This document shows positions 27,331 to 40,940 of a stretch of 64,000 bases of DNA, piece after piece. Below the pieces are notes generated by a model, which saw only the letters and a program-made list of their open reading frames with translations, ran no database searches and had not been told where the DNA came from. How positions within the stretch are numbered: position 1 is the first letter of the stretch; each line of letters starts with the position of its first letter. Made by a program: the position numbers and the translations under genes. Origin of the DNA: Eledone cirrhosa (Eukaryota). The DNA lies in NCBI GenBank assembly GCA_964016885.1, contig OZ024745.1, positions 133,734,001-133,798,000 on the forward strand. The letters run 5' to 3'.

Positions 27331-27583
27331 TATATACAGTATTTTCCGTTGTGTTGTAATATAACCAAACAGGTCCTCAGTAATATTATTCTGATGAAAT
27401 GACAGTAAATAATAACATTGAAATATTGATTGTCTGCATAACTAATACTTTGTGGATAGCAGCTGTTTTCAGGTTATGTAACTGTTATAGAAACACGTGT
27501 CAATAAATTCCTTTCAACTAAACTGTATCCATTCAAATCTTTCTATATATATATATATGTATATATGTACATATGTATATATG

Positions 27584-27652
<69 letters not shown>

Positions 27653-27844
27653 GTACGTATGTATATATGTATGTACGTGTGCATGTATGTATGTATATAT
27701 GTATACATGTATGTATGTATATATGTATACATGTATGTATGTATATATGTATGTATTCATATGTATACGTATGTCTACCTGCGTGATAACCATGTCTTGA
27801 TTAAAATGTTCCAGTTGTTTCGACACTATTCCTTTCATTAATAT

Positions 27845-28029
27845 TAATTGTTTCTACTTTTGGCACAAGGCCAGCAATTATCCCAGTACATTACTGGTAC
27901 TTTATTTTATCGACCCCGTAAGGATGAAAGGCAAAGTTAACCTCGGCGGGAATTGAACTCAGATCATAAAGGGACGTAACTATGCTGGAAAGTATATCCG
28001 ACCCTCTACCGATACTGCCAATTCACCGC
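27845..28029 (-). mobile_element. SINE S1
   Basis: Reverse complement of the S1 consensus. Confidence 0.9.
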
Positions 28030-28504
28030 ATTAATGCTACGTATTTCGCTCGCTACTTCATATGTGAAGGTTAACTTTTTCTTCAAAATGACAAACGTTT
28101 GAATAAATATTAAGCAATATAAGTAAATATATTACAGAGTAACAAACTGGGACAGAATATTGCTTACGATAACTTAAAAGAGACAAGTTAAAGCATTAAT
28201 ATATTCACAAATGTTTCAATGTTATTTGGAGAAATAGTTTGAAGAATTATCCATGTTAAGATGAATGTGTAGTTTTTCCAGCAATGGCCAACGATTAATG
28301 CATCGTCTCAATACATATGTGAACGAATTGTAGATTTTCTGCTCTGTCTGAATGTATATAGATATATAGCATGCCTGCACATACATTGTAAAACTAATAC
28401 AACCAAGTAATAGTTAAACGGACTGAATATGTTCCCTTATAAAATAACTATTTCTACTTTTCGTACAAGGCCGTAGAGCGCTTTTCTATGACATACATAT
28501 ACAT

Positions 28505-29103
28505 AATATGAAAGAGTACTGGTGGAATGTTCCAGTAAAAACCCCAATGAAATGCAGGCATAACAGACCAGGTATTATGATATGGGACCGGGAAAAGAAA
28601 GCATGCACAGTGGAGGATGTTAGCTGTCCAGCAGATGCCAATATAATATCAAAGATTAGCGAAAAGGAGAAATCTGCAGATACTCCACCCTGATTACACC
28701 TTCAGATTTATACCAGTGATTATTGGGGCACTGGGATATGTTAGTAACTGCCTCAATACAAATCTTGAGAAGCTAGGCTTCACAGGAACAGAAAGAACAC
28801 AACTAGTTAGGAAATTACAAGTACAATCCATTAATGGAACAGTAAAAATATGTAAAACATTCCAAACATTTTGCATCTAATAACTGCATATACACTTGTA
28901 CAGATGCAAAGCATACACACATGCACACATACAACTCAAAACATACACATCCACACATACAATAACATCCATATCAACACATGCATACATAATCTACCTA
29001 GTTGATGTTGTGTAAATTCCAATGAGTGAGTCTTTTGTCTATGTTAGAAATCGACTCTCTCTCTCTATTGGAAAAAATTTGTGAAATTATAAAACCAGAA
29101 GAA
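28505..29103 (+). mobile_element. R4/Dong-like non-LTR element 3' fragment (RLE domain + 3' UTR)
   Basis: EYWWNVPVKT...HNRP.I.IWD...VSCP then FIPVIIGALG...GTVKICKTF; followed by (CATA)n. Confidence 0.75.
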
Positions 29104-29625
29104 CATACATACATATATACATACATACATACATACACACATACATACTTACACACATACATACACACATACATACATACGTACACACAAACATTACATA
29201 CATAGATACATACATACATAGATACACACCTACATACATACCTATTTACAGACATATATACAGACATATGGTGGCTGCCAACTCGTTTTAGAGTACGGCC
29301 ACTACTTTATACATACATACATACATACATACATACATACATACATACATACATACATACATACATACATACATACATACATACATACATACATAAATAC
29401 ATATAAAGGTACAGATGTGTGTATTGCCGGAACCTGCTCCACAGTAGAAAGTGTAGTAGATACATATTTTGAAATAAGCTTGTTTAGTCATTTTCTCTGC
29501 CAAGTAGCCAGCTGCGTCCCCAGTTGTCAACTTTGAAGTTTTAACAGAAGCCAAATATATTAGGTGAAAAATACTGAAATTGAACATCAAAGTTCCTTAG
29601 AATATTGCGCAACTGATACGTATAA

Positions 29626-29725
<100 letters not shown>

Positions 29726-29872
29726 ATGTGTGTATGTGTGCGTGTGTGTGTGTGTATATATATGTGTATACATATATATATGTACATGTGTGTACATATA
29801 TATATATATGTGTGTATATATATATACATATATATATGTATTTATATATGTATATATATATATATATATATG

Positions 29873-29923
<51 letters not shown>

Positions 29924-29998
29924 ATATACATATATATACATATAGATATAGATATATATGCATATATGTATATATATATTTATATATACATATATACA

Positions 29999-30044
<46 letters not shown>

Positions 30045-30150
30045 TGTATATATGTGTATATAAATATATATACACACATGTGTGTATGTATTTGTATCCG
30101 TTGTGTGTTTGTGTGTGTGTGCGTGTGTGCATGTGTGTGTGTGTGTGTGA

Positions 30151-30209
<59 letters not shown>

Positions 30210-31100
30210 AATGCACACGTGTATCGAGGATCGAAATGACACAAAAGTAAGAACATATTTCTTTCTATGCGGCGTATATTTACACATATATATCACTCTA
30301 TATATGTGTATGAATGTGTATGAATGTGTATATGCACACATGCACATATATATTCATTAACATAGATATGCAACTGTGTATTTTTAGGTTTTTATGTGTA
30401 TAAACAGGTAAGGTATAACTTATATTTATGAATATATGACAGTGTGTATAATATTTGAGATACATTGAAATATGATTTATATATACATTTATGATTTCTT
30501 CTGTGTCTCGCATAGCTACCATGGCTCTTTTAGTGGAATCAAAAACTGGCATAAAGAAAGGAAAACCTGGCTTGACTCTTTGTATTCAAAGTATTGGCAC
30601 CAATCTGTAATATACTAGGTGACAGATAAACGTATAGCACGCAAGAAAAGTTTCGCCTAGTTTCCACCAACTACCTTTCACTAACAAATGGCGAATATTC
30701 TATTTTAAACAGTCCTCAACTCTTTCTTTCGCCTACTCTCACTCAATTAGAACTATTAGTTTTTCTCTATTCTCTTTCTTTGATCCCACCACACTTTTAC
30801 AAATGAAGGACATATGTCATGGAATATTTTGTTCTTGAATTACTCTTGGAACCACCTGGAATTTTATGATAAATTTCATAAAGATTTGTTGATAAATGAT
30901 AACCTTTAAAATAGAGCAAACCAACATACTTACTTCACACACACATATATATATATATGGGGAGAGTGTATGTGTATATGTGAGTGTTTATATGCGTGTG
31001 TGTGTTTGTGTGTGAGGTTCACAGTGTATGTGTGGGTGTGTGCACAGAATGTCTGCAACTGTTTCCAGTAGTAAGACTTTCTATTATTTGTTTATATACT

Positions 31101-31241
31101 TGAGTTCAAATCCCGCCGAGGTTAACTTTGCTTTTCATCCTTATGGGGTCGATAAAATAAAGTACCAGTCACGCACTGGGGTCGATTTAATCGACTTTCC
31201 CCTCCTCCCAAATTACTGGCCTTGTGCCTATATAAGAAACC
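31101..31241 (+). mobile_element. 5'-truncated SINE S1 with 18-bp TSD
   Basis: ATTATTTGTTTATATACT at 31083-31100 and 31242-31259. Confidence 0.92.
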
Positions 31242-31593
31242 ATTATTTGTTTATATACTCGAGACTCAATTGTTGGCTCCTGTCCCTCTACATAGCCTCA
31301 TGTGTATCATGGTTTTTCCCGATATTCCAACAATTTGAACACAAGGGGAGAATAGTTTCTGGTTTAGTCCAGTCTTCAGGATAAAAGAAACAATCTTCAT
31401 GGCGCAGTTGTTCTTCACGGTAATGAAGAAACATTTCAGCTAATACAACACACTTCATACATAATTAAACTGTCACAGTATAATAACCATCTATACCACA
31501 ATATCTTCTTTCATTGCATAAAGAGAAAATCTTTGAGAACAATAAAAACGACATAGTATATGTGGAAATGTGGAAAATAATGACTCGTGTTCT

Positions 31594-33509
31594 TGGTTAA
31601 CACAAGTAACTACATTAGAGATGTGAATGGTTAACACACAAGTAACTACATTAGAGATGTGAATGGTTAACACAAGTAACTACATTAGAGATGTGAATGG
31701 TTAACACACAAGTAACTACATTAGAGATGTGAATGGTTAACACACAAGTAACTACATTAGAGATGTGAATGGTTAACACACAAGTAACTACATTAGAGAT
31801 GTGAATGGTTAACACACAAGTAACTACATTAGAGATGTGAATGGTTAACACACAAGTAACTACATTAGAGATGTGAATGGTTAACACAAGTAACTACATT
31901 AGAGATGTGAATGGTTAACACAAGTAACTACATTAGAGATGTGAATGGTTAACACAAGTAACTACATTAGAGATGTGAATGGTTAACACAAGTAACTACA
32001 TTAGAGATGTGAATGGTTAACACAAGTAACTACATTAGAGATGTGAATGGTTAACAGAAGTAACTACATTAGAGATGTGAATGGTTAACACAAGTAACTA
32101 CATTAGAGATGTGAATGGTTAACACAAGTAACTACATTAGAGATGTGAATGGTTAACACAAGTAACTACATTAGAGATGTGAATGGTTAACACAAGTAAC
32201 TACATTAGAGATGTGAATGGTTAACACACAAGTAACTACATTAGAGATGTGAATGGTTAACACAAGTAACTACATTAGAGATGTGAATGGTTAACACAAG
32301 TAACTACATTAGAGATGTGAATGGTTAACACAAGTAACTACATTAGAGATGTGAATGGTTAACACAAGTAACTACATTAGAGATGTGAATGGTTAACACA
32401 AGTAACTACATTAGAGATGTGAATGGTTAACAGAAGTAACTACATTAGAGATGTGAATGGTTAACACACAAGTAACTACATTAGAGATGTGAATGGTTAA
32501 CACACAAGTAACTACATTAGAGATGTGAATGGTTAACACACAAGTAACTACATTAGAGATGTGAATGGTTAACACAAGTAACTACATTAGAGATGTGAAT
32601 GGTTAACACAAGTAACTACATTAGAGATGTGAATGGTTAACACAAGTAACTACATTAGAGATGTGAATGGTTAACACAAGTAACTACATTAGAGATGTGA
32701 ATGGTTAACACAAGTAACTACATTAGAGATGTGAATGGTTAACACACAAGTAACTACATTAGAGATGTGAATGGTTAACACACAAGTAACTACATTAGAG
32801 ATGTGAATGGTTAACACACAAGTAACTACATTAGAGATGTGAATGGTTAACACAAGTAACTACATTAGAGATGTGAATGGTTAACACACAAGTAACTACA
32901 TTAGAGATGTGAATGGTTAACACAAGTAACTACATTAGAGATGTGAATGGTTAACACAAGTAACTACATTAGAGATGTGAATGGTTAACACAAGTAACTA
33001 CATTAGAGATGTGAATGGTTAACACACAAGTAACTACATTAGAGATGTGAATGGTTAACACAAGTAACTACATTAGAGATGTGAATGGTTAACACAAGTA
33101 ACTACATTAGAGATGTGAATGGTTAACACAAGTAACTACATTAGAGATGTGAATGGTTAACACACAAGTAACTACATTAGAGATGTGAATGGTTAACACA
33201 CAAGTAACTACATTAGAGATGTGAATGGTTAACACACAAGTAACTACATTAGAGATGTGAATGGTTAACACAAGTAACTACATTAGAGATGTGAATGGTT
33301 AACACACAAGTAACTACATTAGAGATGTGAATGGTTAACACACAAGTAACTACATTAGAGATGTGAATGGTTAACACACAAGTAACTACATTAGAGATGT
33401 GAATGGTTAACACACAAGTAACTACATTAGAGATGTGAATGGTTAACACAAGTAACTACATTAGAGATGTGAATGGTTAACACACAAGTAACTACATTAG
33501 AGATGTGAA
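31594..33509. repeat. Homogeneous 34/36-bp tandem array, about 55 copies
   Basis: TGGTTAACAC(AC)AAGTAACTACATTAGAGATGTGAA, no unique spacers. Confidence 0.97.
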
Positions 33510-33519
33510 GGAGTATGTA

Positions 33520-33665
33520 TTGGCGGTTAGGCACTGCCACTCATAATAGTAATGTTCGATTCTCAGAGATACGCAAGTTACTTTATTTGATGTTGTTCCA
33601 GTTCACTGAGCCGGCAAAACAAATTGTACGAGTAATCCAATGAAGGTCGCAACTTTCCATGTCAT
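33520..33665 (+). mobile_element. Degenerate tRNA-derived SINE (second family)
   Basis: gttcgattc B-box-like motif and actttattt..gttg..ccagttcact body resembling the reverse complement of 56878-56990. Confidence 0.4.
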
Positions 33666-33809
33666 GACAAAAGGACACTGAGCAAAACGCCGTAAAAGAT
33701 ATCACATAGATATTACATAGTTTCTCGTACTGCGCTACAACATTACAGTGGCTGAACTACGAAAAATGCCAGTTATTGCAGATACCAATCGTATATACAC
33801 ACGTATATA

Positions 33810-33998
33810 CGAGGGGGTGACGAAACGTTCTTGGCCTCAAAGGTTTCGCGAAAGGGAAGAGCTGTTACCTTTACAGGGGAGGTAGGACTAATTCAAAAAG
33901 TGTGTGAATCTGAGGAGGGAGTATGTTGAATAAAATCACAATTAACTGATCCTGTATTTTCTTTTGCACAAAGCCAGGAACTTTTCAGCACCCCCTCG
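33810..33998 (+). mobile_element. Mariner-derived MITE
   Basis: TIRs CGAGGGGGTG.. / ..CACCCCCTCG, TA on both sides; internal KCVNL..EYVE* transposase C-terminus. Confidence 0.85.
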
Positions 33999-34082
33999 TA
34001 TGTATATATATATACACGAATTTTGACATAAATATATGTATGTATGACATAATGTATATATATATATTTATATGTACATATG

Positions 34083-34220
34083 TCGGGTCATTCTTGAGTG
34101 CTACTGGTAACATGTAACCCAGTACAGCCTGTCACATGGTCGGGTCGTCGGTGTCTAAACCGGCAACCCCACCAAATTTACTTGGTGAGGAGGGTGATTT
34201 TGGACACCCTGCAGGAATAA
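34083..34220 (-). mobile_element. 5' end fragment of the RTE-like element
   Basis: Colinear with 22550-22690. Confidence 0.75.
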
Positions 34221-34419
34221 ACAAAAACTGACAAAGGGTGGAAGAATTCATAAGAGGCAACGGCCATCCAAAATTGTGTAAATATGTATATACATATGTA
34301 TATATGTATATATGTATATACATATATACACATGTGTATGTATATGCGCGGGGAAATAGAAATAATCGGGCTGGATACCCGATCGCTCGGTTAAACCACT
34401 GAGTGAAGGAACCCTAGGC

Positions 34420-34595
34420 TTTGTCAGGGAATTGTTCTAGGAGAAGTCAACTCAGGAAACTGGGATAACTCTGACATAAAACCTGGGGCTCAGTAGTTAC
34501 CGATGATGTTGATCTTTTCTTCTTTTTCGGTTATAGCTACTGTCGCTCAGAGAGTGGGATTGGCTCAGTGCACAGTCTTTCCTCACTTTAAAAAA
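34420..34595 (+). mobile_element. Diverged RTE-like 5' UTR fragment
   Basis: Similar to 35695-35860 (actctgacataaaacct..gatgttga..gagagtggga). Confidence 0.55.
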
Positions 34596-34729
34596 AATGG
34601 TATCGCAGAGGCATTGCAAGATAGAATTAATTGATAATTATTAATAATGGTATATCATGAATGGCCATACTAATTAACGAGGGGGCAGCCATCATGTATG
34701 TATTATCTCTTTCTCTTAATTTCGAGTAT

Positions 34730-35645
34730 TTTTTTTTGACCGGCCACCTTCCTGTTGGCAAGGTTGTAAAAGAAAAGAAATTGTCATCCCTTGAATCGCA
34801 AGAATGTTTTGCAAATTTTGAAGGTGCCAGCTATCGCAGCCATTTGTAGACTATGAATTAGGGAGCCGCGCTTTTTGTCCGCAAATCCAATCCAAGTTCA
34901 GTCATACTTTGGTCCAAGCGGGTTGGTATATAACCCGTAGCACCAATAATGATGGGTATGAAGCTAAAGGTGTATCTTGGATACTGGATTTGTAAACTCC
35001 TCATCAATGGTCCATAGATGTCCTCCTTCTCCTGTATTTTTCTGACAAAGTTTACATCAAGTGGGCAGCTGATCTCCATAACAGAACACGTTTTCAATGT
35101 GTGGTCCCAAACAACAATATCAGGCCGGTTGTGCTTTAATTTGGTGGCAGTTTTTATTTTCAGGTCCCACCAGTATTCCTTAGTGCCATCTGTCTCAATA
35201 TATTCTTCCTCGTTTGTTGTTAATTTTGTTTTCCGAAGTGCGCTCCAGATGGTTCTAGCTATCACATCGTGTCTCATGGGGAGGTAGTAGCGAGATGACA
35301 TTCTTTCGCAGCTGGCAACAATGTGGCTTACATCTTCGATCTTTGTTTTACATAGCCTACATTTATCGTCAGCTGCTGGCCCTCCCCTTTTGTGCAGCAG
35401 ATATTTGGTAGGGAGTTCTTGTTCCTGTATTGCATAGAGATATCCCTCAAGGTGTGATGTCATAAACTTGTCGCAACTCCATGCCAGGCTTTTTGAGTGG
35501 TTTATCCCCTCTATGGTCAGTGTTTTACGTCTCAAGTATCCATGCACAACTTTTTCTGTAAATTGGTCAATTTTTTCATCTTGTTTGAACATTGAATAGG
35601 ATCTTCCGATTTCTCTGGGTGAGAGATTTATATCAGGCTTTATTC
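34730..35645 (-). mobile_element. R4/Dong-like non-LTR element, 5'-truncated (ORF 35592-34858)
   Basis: CRLC..HIVASC zinc knuckle, RHD, RPDIVVWD..EISCP, IPIIIGATG (restriction-like endonuclease); frameshifted GTFKICKTF end; A-rich 3' end. Confidence 0.88.
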
Positions 35646-35680
35646 CATGTATGTATGTATGTATGTATGTATGTATGTAT

Positions 35681-36172
35681 GTCCTGGAGAGATGATCCCT
35701 TAGCCTTTGTCAAGGCAGAATTCTAGAAGGAAAACTCTGATATAACACCTGCAACCCTGGTGGTATCCAATGATGTTGACTTGTTCTTCTTTTTGGTAAA
35801 TATCATCTTGGTTAAGAGAGTGGGACTGGCTTTGTGCAGCGCCTTTGCTCACTATAAAAGCTTCACGGCACAGGCATTGCTTTATATCTGGAGATCTCTC
35901 TGCACTTGTCATCACAGGGTACAATGGGCCCAGCACTATGTGTCAGTAATTGTCACAAGTGTAGTGTTTGTACCAGAGTTTTCAAGTCGCTGGCTGGACT
36001 AAAAAGTCACACTCGTTCAGCGCATCAGTAGGGGTTCCCCTACATGGATATAAAGTAGTGGCCGTACTCGAAAACGAGTTGGCAGCCACCATGTATGTAT
36101 GTATGTATGTATGTATGTATGTATGTATGTATGTATGTATGTGTGTATGTATGTATGTATGTATGTATGTAT
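35681..36172 (+). mobile_element. Internally deleted RTE-like element between (TATG)n tracts
   Basis: Reverse complement of 22212-22505 with an extra internal segment. Confidence 0.75.
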
Positions 36173-36991
36173 CACACATTCAATAGAGTAAGAAGGGTTT
36201 TTGCATGCTTTCAGTTATATGTGTACACATGCATTAGTATATACGGCTGTATGTATGTATGTATGTATGTATGTATGTATGTATGTATGTATGTATGTAT
36301 GCATTTGTGTGCGTCTGTGTGTTTGTGTGTGAGATTGAAGCAGAAATGTTATTATCATTCGATTCACTCATTCGAGGTTACAGACAACAAGGCTTCTTAA
36401 CACATATTCTTAGTTTATTAACCGCTATTAGAATGGTAATTATTTTTTTCTCTTAAGGCCATCAAAACTTTTCAACAGCCATCACAAAGGATGCTGGATA
36501 ACTTTCCAATAAGTTTTAAACTCATATTAATCAGAACGTAGGATCAATCTATGTTCATTGGTTCGGCTAATTTTTGAAACAATGGTCGTTTTACCGATCA
36601 GTAGTTCTATCTATTCGAAATGTGTTCTGTTTATTCAAACTCACCACACTTCGATCTGATGCCAATTAATGTACATTGGTTACATTCCACATTCTCTAAC
36701 TGACATAATAACCAATTATTCTCAGATTTTATTCGTAATTAACATAAACAATTTTATCTCTCAGCCATTTATTCTCAACCATCCAATTTTCTAGGATTTA
36801 CGTAACAGACGCAATAAAATTTAACTACTCTATTTTTTAACTTGTATTTTTAAATTTGTGGGTTGGCGTTTTCTGAGAAGAGGTCCTTGTTCTAAATTTC
36901 TTAAGAATAGTTTGAAAATAATGGGCAATTAGCGAAATACTATGGAACGTATTATCTCCATCACACCTTCCTCATTTTCCACCACTATTTG

Positions 36992-37042
<51 letters not shown>

Positions 37043-37644
37043 CTGTGTGTCTGTGTGTCGGTGTGTATGTGTGTGTGTGTGCGCGCGGGTCTGTATGTGT
37101 GTGTGAGCATGTATCATATATATATATTCATAAACCACATATGTGTGTATGTGTGTATGTATGTGTGAATGTATGTATGGATGGATACATATATGTATGT
37201 ATGTAGATAGCAGGTAGTTATATGTGTATGCAAGTATATATTAATATAAGCTGAGCTCCTTTCCACGTGGTTTAAGATTGGCAAGTTTGTGGTAAGTAGG
37301 GAGGAGAGTTTGTCACTATACACATGAAAAGTCCACGTGATTTGACAAACAAAATCAACCACAGCACACACTAATGTATACTTCAGCTGCTTACTACACA
37401 ATTTAATATATATTTAAATGAACCACTCATATCAACACCAATAATATGCAAATTAGTACGCTGATTCTAAAATATGAGATAGGGTATACAAGCTTCCTTG
37501 AGGTTGATTAACTGAAGTAAATATCTTCTCATGAGATCCCAATATCGTTCAAGCATCGATTGAATATATTCACCATTTCTTCAGTTTACAGGGAAATAAA
37601 TAGCTTCGACATATTTACATGTCTCGATAATCGCTTACTTCTGG

Positions 37645-37682
<38 letters not shown>

Positions 37683-37933
37683 AAAGCTTGTATTTAGTTA
37701 GAAACTCAAAATAGTCTCATTACAGTAAATTAGCTCTAGGAAAAAGGCTTTTCCGAGCCGTATATAACCGAACAAAAATACGAACACAGACATATATATA
37801 TGTGTTCAACCCGTAATGGACCAAAATCGCTAAGGTGAAAAAAATACTAACTACAGACAATAGGGTTTGCTGGACTCAATTTAAGCACAAATTAAGAAAA
37901 ATAAATACAAACCAGTATTGTGGTAACTACCAT

Positions 37934-38014
37934 CACCCAGACGGTCTTTGATAAAACCGTTTCGCAATATTATTTGTGAAGAGAAATGCCAAATTCCAGA
38001 CTCATCAGTGGGTG
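37934..38014 (-). ncRNA. Type I hammerhead ribozyme, canonical core
   Basis: Minus: CACCCA-CTGATGA-G..C-GAAA-CGGTTTT-atca-AAGACCG-TC-TGGGTG; GUC site; stem II long and imperfect. Confidence 0.8.
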
Positions 38015-38556
38015 TTGAAATTAGTATACTCCTCACTTCTGCTTCTAAATCAAATAGAAAACTGGAAAGTGCGTGTATATAAACGCACATGGTTCCCGTG
38101 TTCAGTTATATATATATATGTGTGTGTGTCTATGTGTGTGTGTCTATGTGTGTGTGTGTGTGTGTTTGCGTGTGTGTGGGGGGGTATGCGCGTGTGTGTG
38201 TGTGTATATATACAAATATAAATTAGCGAGAATCGCATTTCGGCTATTGGAAATTAGCGAAAAACAACTTCCGAGATGTGTGGAAAGCGCTCCATAGAAA
38301 CTAGTGAACTAGAGCTACAACATACGTTAAAAGGCCAAACAGACTGAGACGATGGTTAAACCATTCACCGCAAAGCCATAGAAACGACCAAGCTATTCGG
38401 GTCAAACAAATAATGAAATATGATTGAAAATTATACCCGGACCCCTGGAAACGTTGGTAAGATCCAGTATGGGGTTTCTGCAACTCCTAAGTCAGGTACT
38501 GTCTGCTTAAACAAATAATGTTAAGCTTTTGGTATGATGATCGAACATATGTATAC

Positions 38557-38634
<78 letters not shown>

Positions 38635-38636
38635 AT

Positions 38637-38982
38637 ATTTCGTTTCTGAATTTGTTTAGCAAGATTCTTTATCTGAAAACGTGTGTTGAAACCGATATTG
38701 TTATACTTTGGGAGGGTCATGTTGCCCTCCCAAAGTATAACAATATATATATATATATATTGTTATACATTGGGGGGGTCATGTTGCCAATAAGAAACAC
38801 ACGCACCACACGCTGCGTGTTTCTTATTGGCAACATGACACTCCCAAAGTATAACAATATATATATATATATATATTGTTATACTTTGGGAGGGCAACAT
38901 GACCCTCCCAAAGTATAACAATATCGGTTTCAACACACGTTTTCAGATAAAGAATCTTGCTAAACAAATTCAGAAACGAAAT
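38637..38982. repeat. 346-bp nested palindrome (family C) in (TA)n
   Basis: Near-perfect outer inverted repeat; each arm has internal inverted repeats of tattgttatactttgggaggg. Confidence 0.92.
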
Positions 38983-38997
38983 ATATATATATATATA

Positions 38998-39082
<85 letters not shown>

Positions 39083-39233
39083 GTTAAGGTAACAATAAAT
39101 ATGTATGTATGATGATTATGTTTCTCAATACAAAAAAGCTGAACGGACCTTGATTCAGAGCATCAACAATTCAAATTAAAAGATATATGTACAGAGAGAG
39201 ACGAAAAACGATATATCATTCTAGAACCTCTCG

Positions 39234-39309
<76 letters not shown>

Positions 39310-39313
<4 letters not shown>

Positions 39314-39550
39314 CTACACCCATGACACCCTTTTCAACTACCTCCCCCAATGTATCATTCTCTTCCCAACCTACTTTTCCTAACTTCTCTTCCTACCCCT
39401 CACACACTAAGCATAAATCTACCTGTTCTCTACCTATCAGAACTTTCCTGATGAAGGACTTCTGTCCGAAACATTCCTCCAAGTGTGAACCTAATATAAC
39501 TGTGTATTCTTGGATTCCTGTGTTTGTTTTGTTTTGTTCCCTTTATTAAT
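39310..39550 (+). mobile_element. PLE-type 3' tail with degenerate HHR
   Basis: CTGATGA-A-GGAC-ttct-GTCC-GAAAC at 39448-39472. Confidence 0.55.
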
Positions 39551-39569
39551 CACACATATATATATTTAT

Positions 39570-40940
39570 AACTTTGATAACACTGACAGGTTTCGGTTAG
39601 TATTGCCCTAGGCCATGTCTAACTTAATAGCACCACCTGGCGAAGTCTTTCATATCAGGATTTGGGCAACATGGCTCACTCAAGTAGAGTTATTATTTTC
39701 GGAGACATATCCGGGTGTAGGAGGTTTATCCGGGATTTCTTGAAGTCCAAAGACTTCTTGAACTTTATGGGGTCTGCTTCTGTTTTAATGTGTTTTGGTG
39801 TAATGTTAAAGAGAGAAAGAGAGCGGGGCCAATTGAGGTGAAATAACTGTGTCGTATTCTTGTTATGAGATGCGCGTGTGATTCTTGTCGTGGACGGATA
39901 GCACGGGGCCCAAGCCTTGGGTGTACATTAAAGGTGATGCATAATGTTCTTTTCGGCCCATTGAATAACAGCCAGTAGGCCTGACTGAAGGCAAGTCCGG
40001 TCACCCACCTCATTGATGACCTTCCGGAGCTTGGAATGATTTGCGAAGATTCCTATGATGATGTCAGTAATGTCATTAATGTAGATGATGAAAAGAAGTG
40101 GGTCCAACACAGTGCCTTGCGGGACGCCACTGCTGACTTTGGCTGGGCTTGATTTTACTCCTTCGACTACAACAGGTTGGGTTCTGTCTCTCAGGAAACA
40201 CTTGTTCCACTGTAGTAACTTTCCAGAGACACCAATGTTGGATAGTTTTTTCAATAAAACCTTGTGTTCAACTCTGTCAAAGGCCTTGCTGAAATCAAGT
40301 TAGATGGCATCAGTGCTGGAGCCCTCACCCAAGGTTCTCAAAACATAGTCAAAGTGATGCAGGAGCTGCGTTAGGCAGTCTCTTCCATTACGGAACCCAT
40401 GTTGGTTGGAGTTCAGCAGCCTATTGCTTTTGAGAAAGTGGGTTATTCGTGATCTCACCACCCTCTCAAATACCTTGATGATATGAGAAGTGAGTGAGAT
40501 CGGACGGCAAGTTTCCCTTTTTGAAAACTGGGACAACAGACTGGGACAAAAAGTTTTCAGGGATATAGCCAGCAACCAGTGAGTTCCTCCACAGATTAGC
40601 AAGAGGAGATGCACGTTGGTGTCGATACACCTTGAGGACACAAGCAGGGAACCTATCGGGGCCTACTGCTGAATTGTGTTTAATTCGTTTATTGCTGCTA
40701 AGACATCAGGACGCCAAACGTTATGTCCGATATAGTGTGTTGGGGATTAACATCACTGATGCAGCCCAGATCGTCCATATCAGGATTGCTGAAAACAGAG
40801 CAGTATTGTTTCTGCAGTATCTCACCCATTGTTTTGGCATTATCTTGGAGTGTGCTATTTTCATCAATTAGTGGGCCAATAGTGAAGACAGTGACCTTGT
40901 GTTTTTTCGTAAATGAAAAGAACACTTTCTACGTTAATGC
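39570..40940 (-). mobile_element. CR1-like LINE RT remnant
   Basis: RPISLTSHIIKVFE, NQHGFR, SGVPQGTVLDPLLFIIYINDI; several frameshifts and stops. Confidence 0.9.

Noticed and set aside
27385-27433. HHR candidate CTGATGA-AATG..CATT-GAAATATT
   Set aside because: Stem I is weak and AT-rich; could be chance or a decayed copy
31594-33509. CRISPR-like array (34-36 bp repeats)
   Set aside because: Repeats are contiguous with no unique spacers; no cas genes; eukaryotic context
38343-38404. HHR-like CTGAGA..ATGGTT/AGCCAT..GAAACGACC/GGTC
   Set aside because: Core lacks N7 and there is no valid cleavage triplet or stem I
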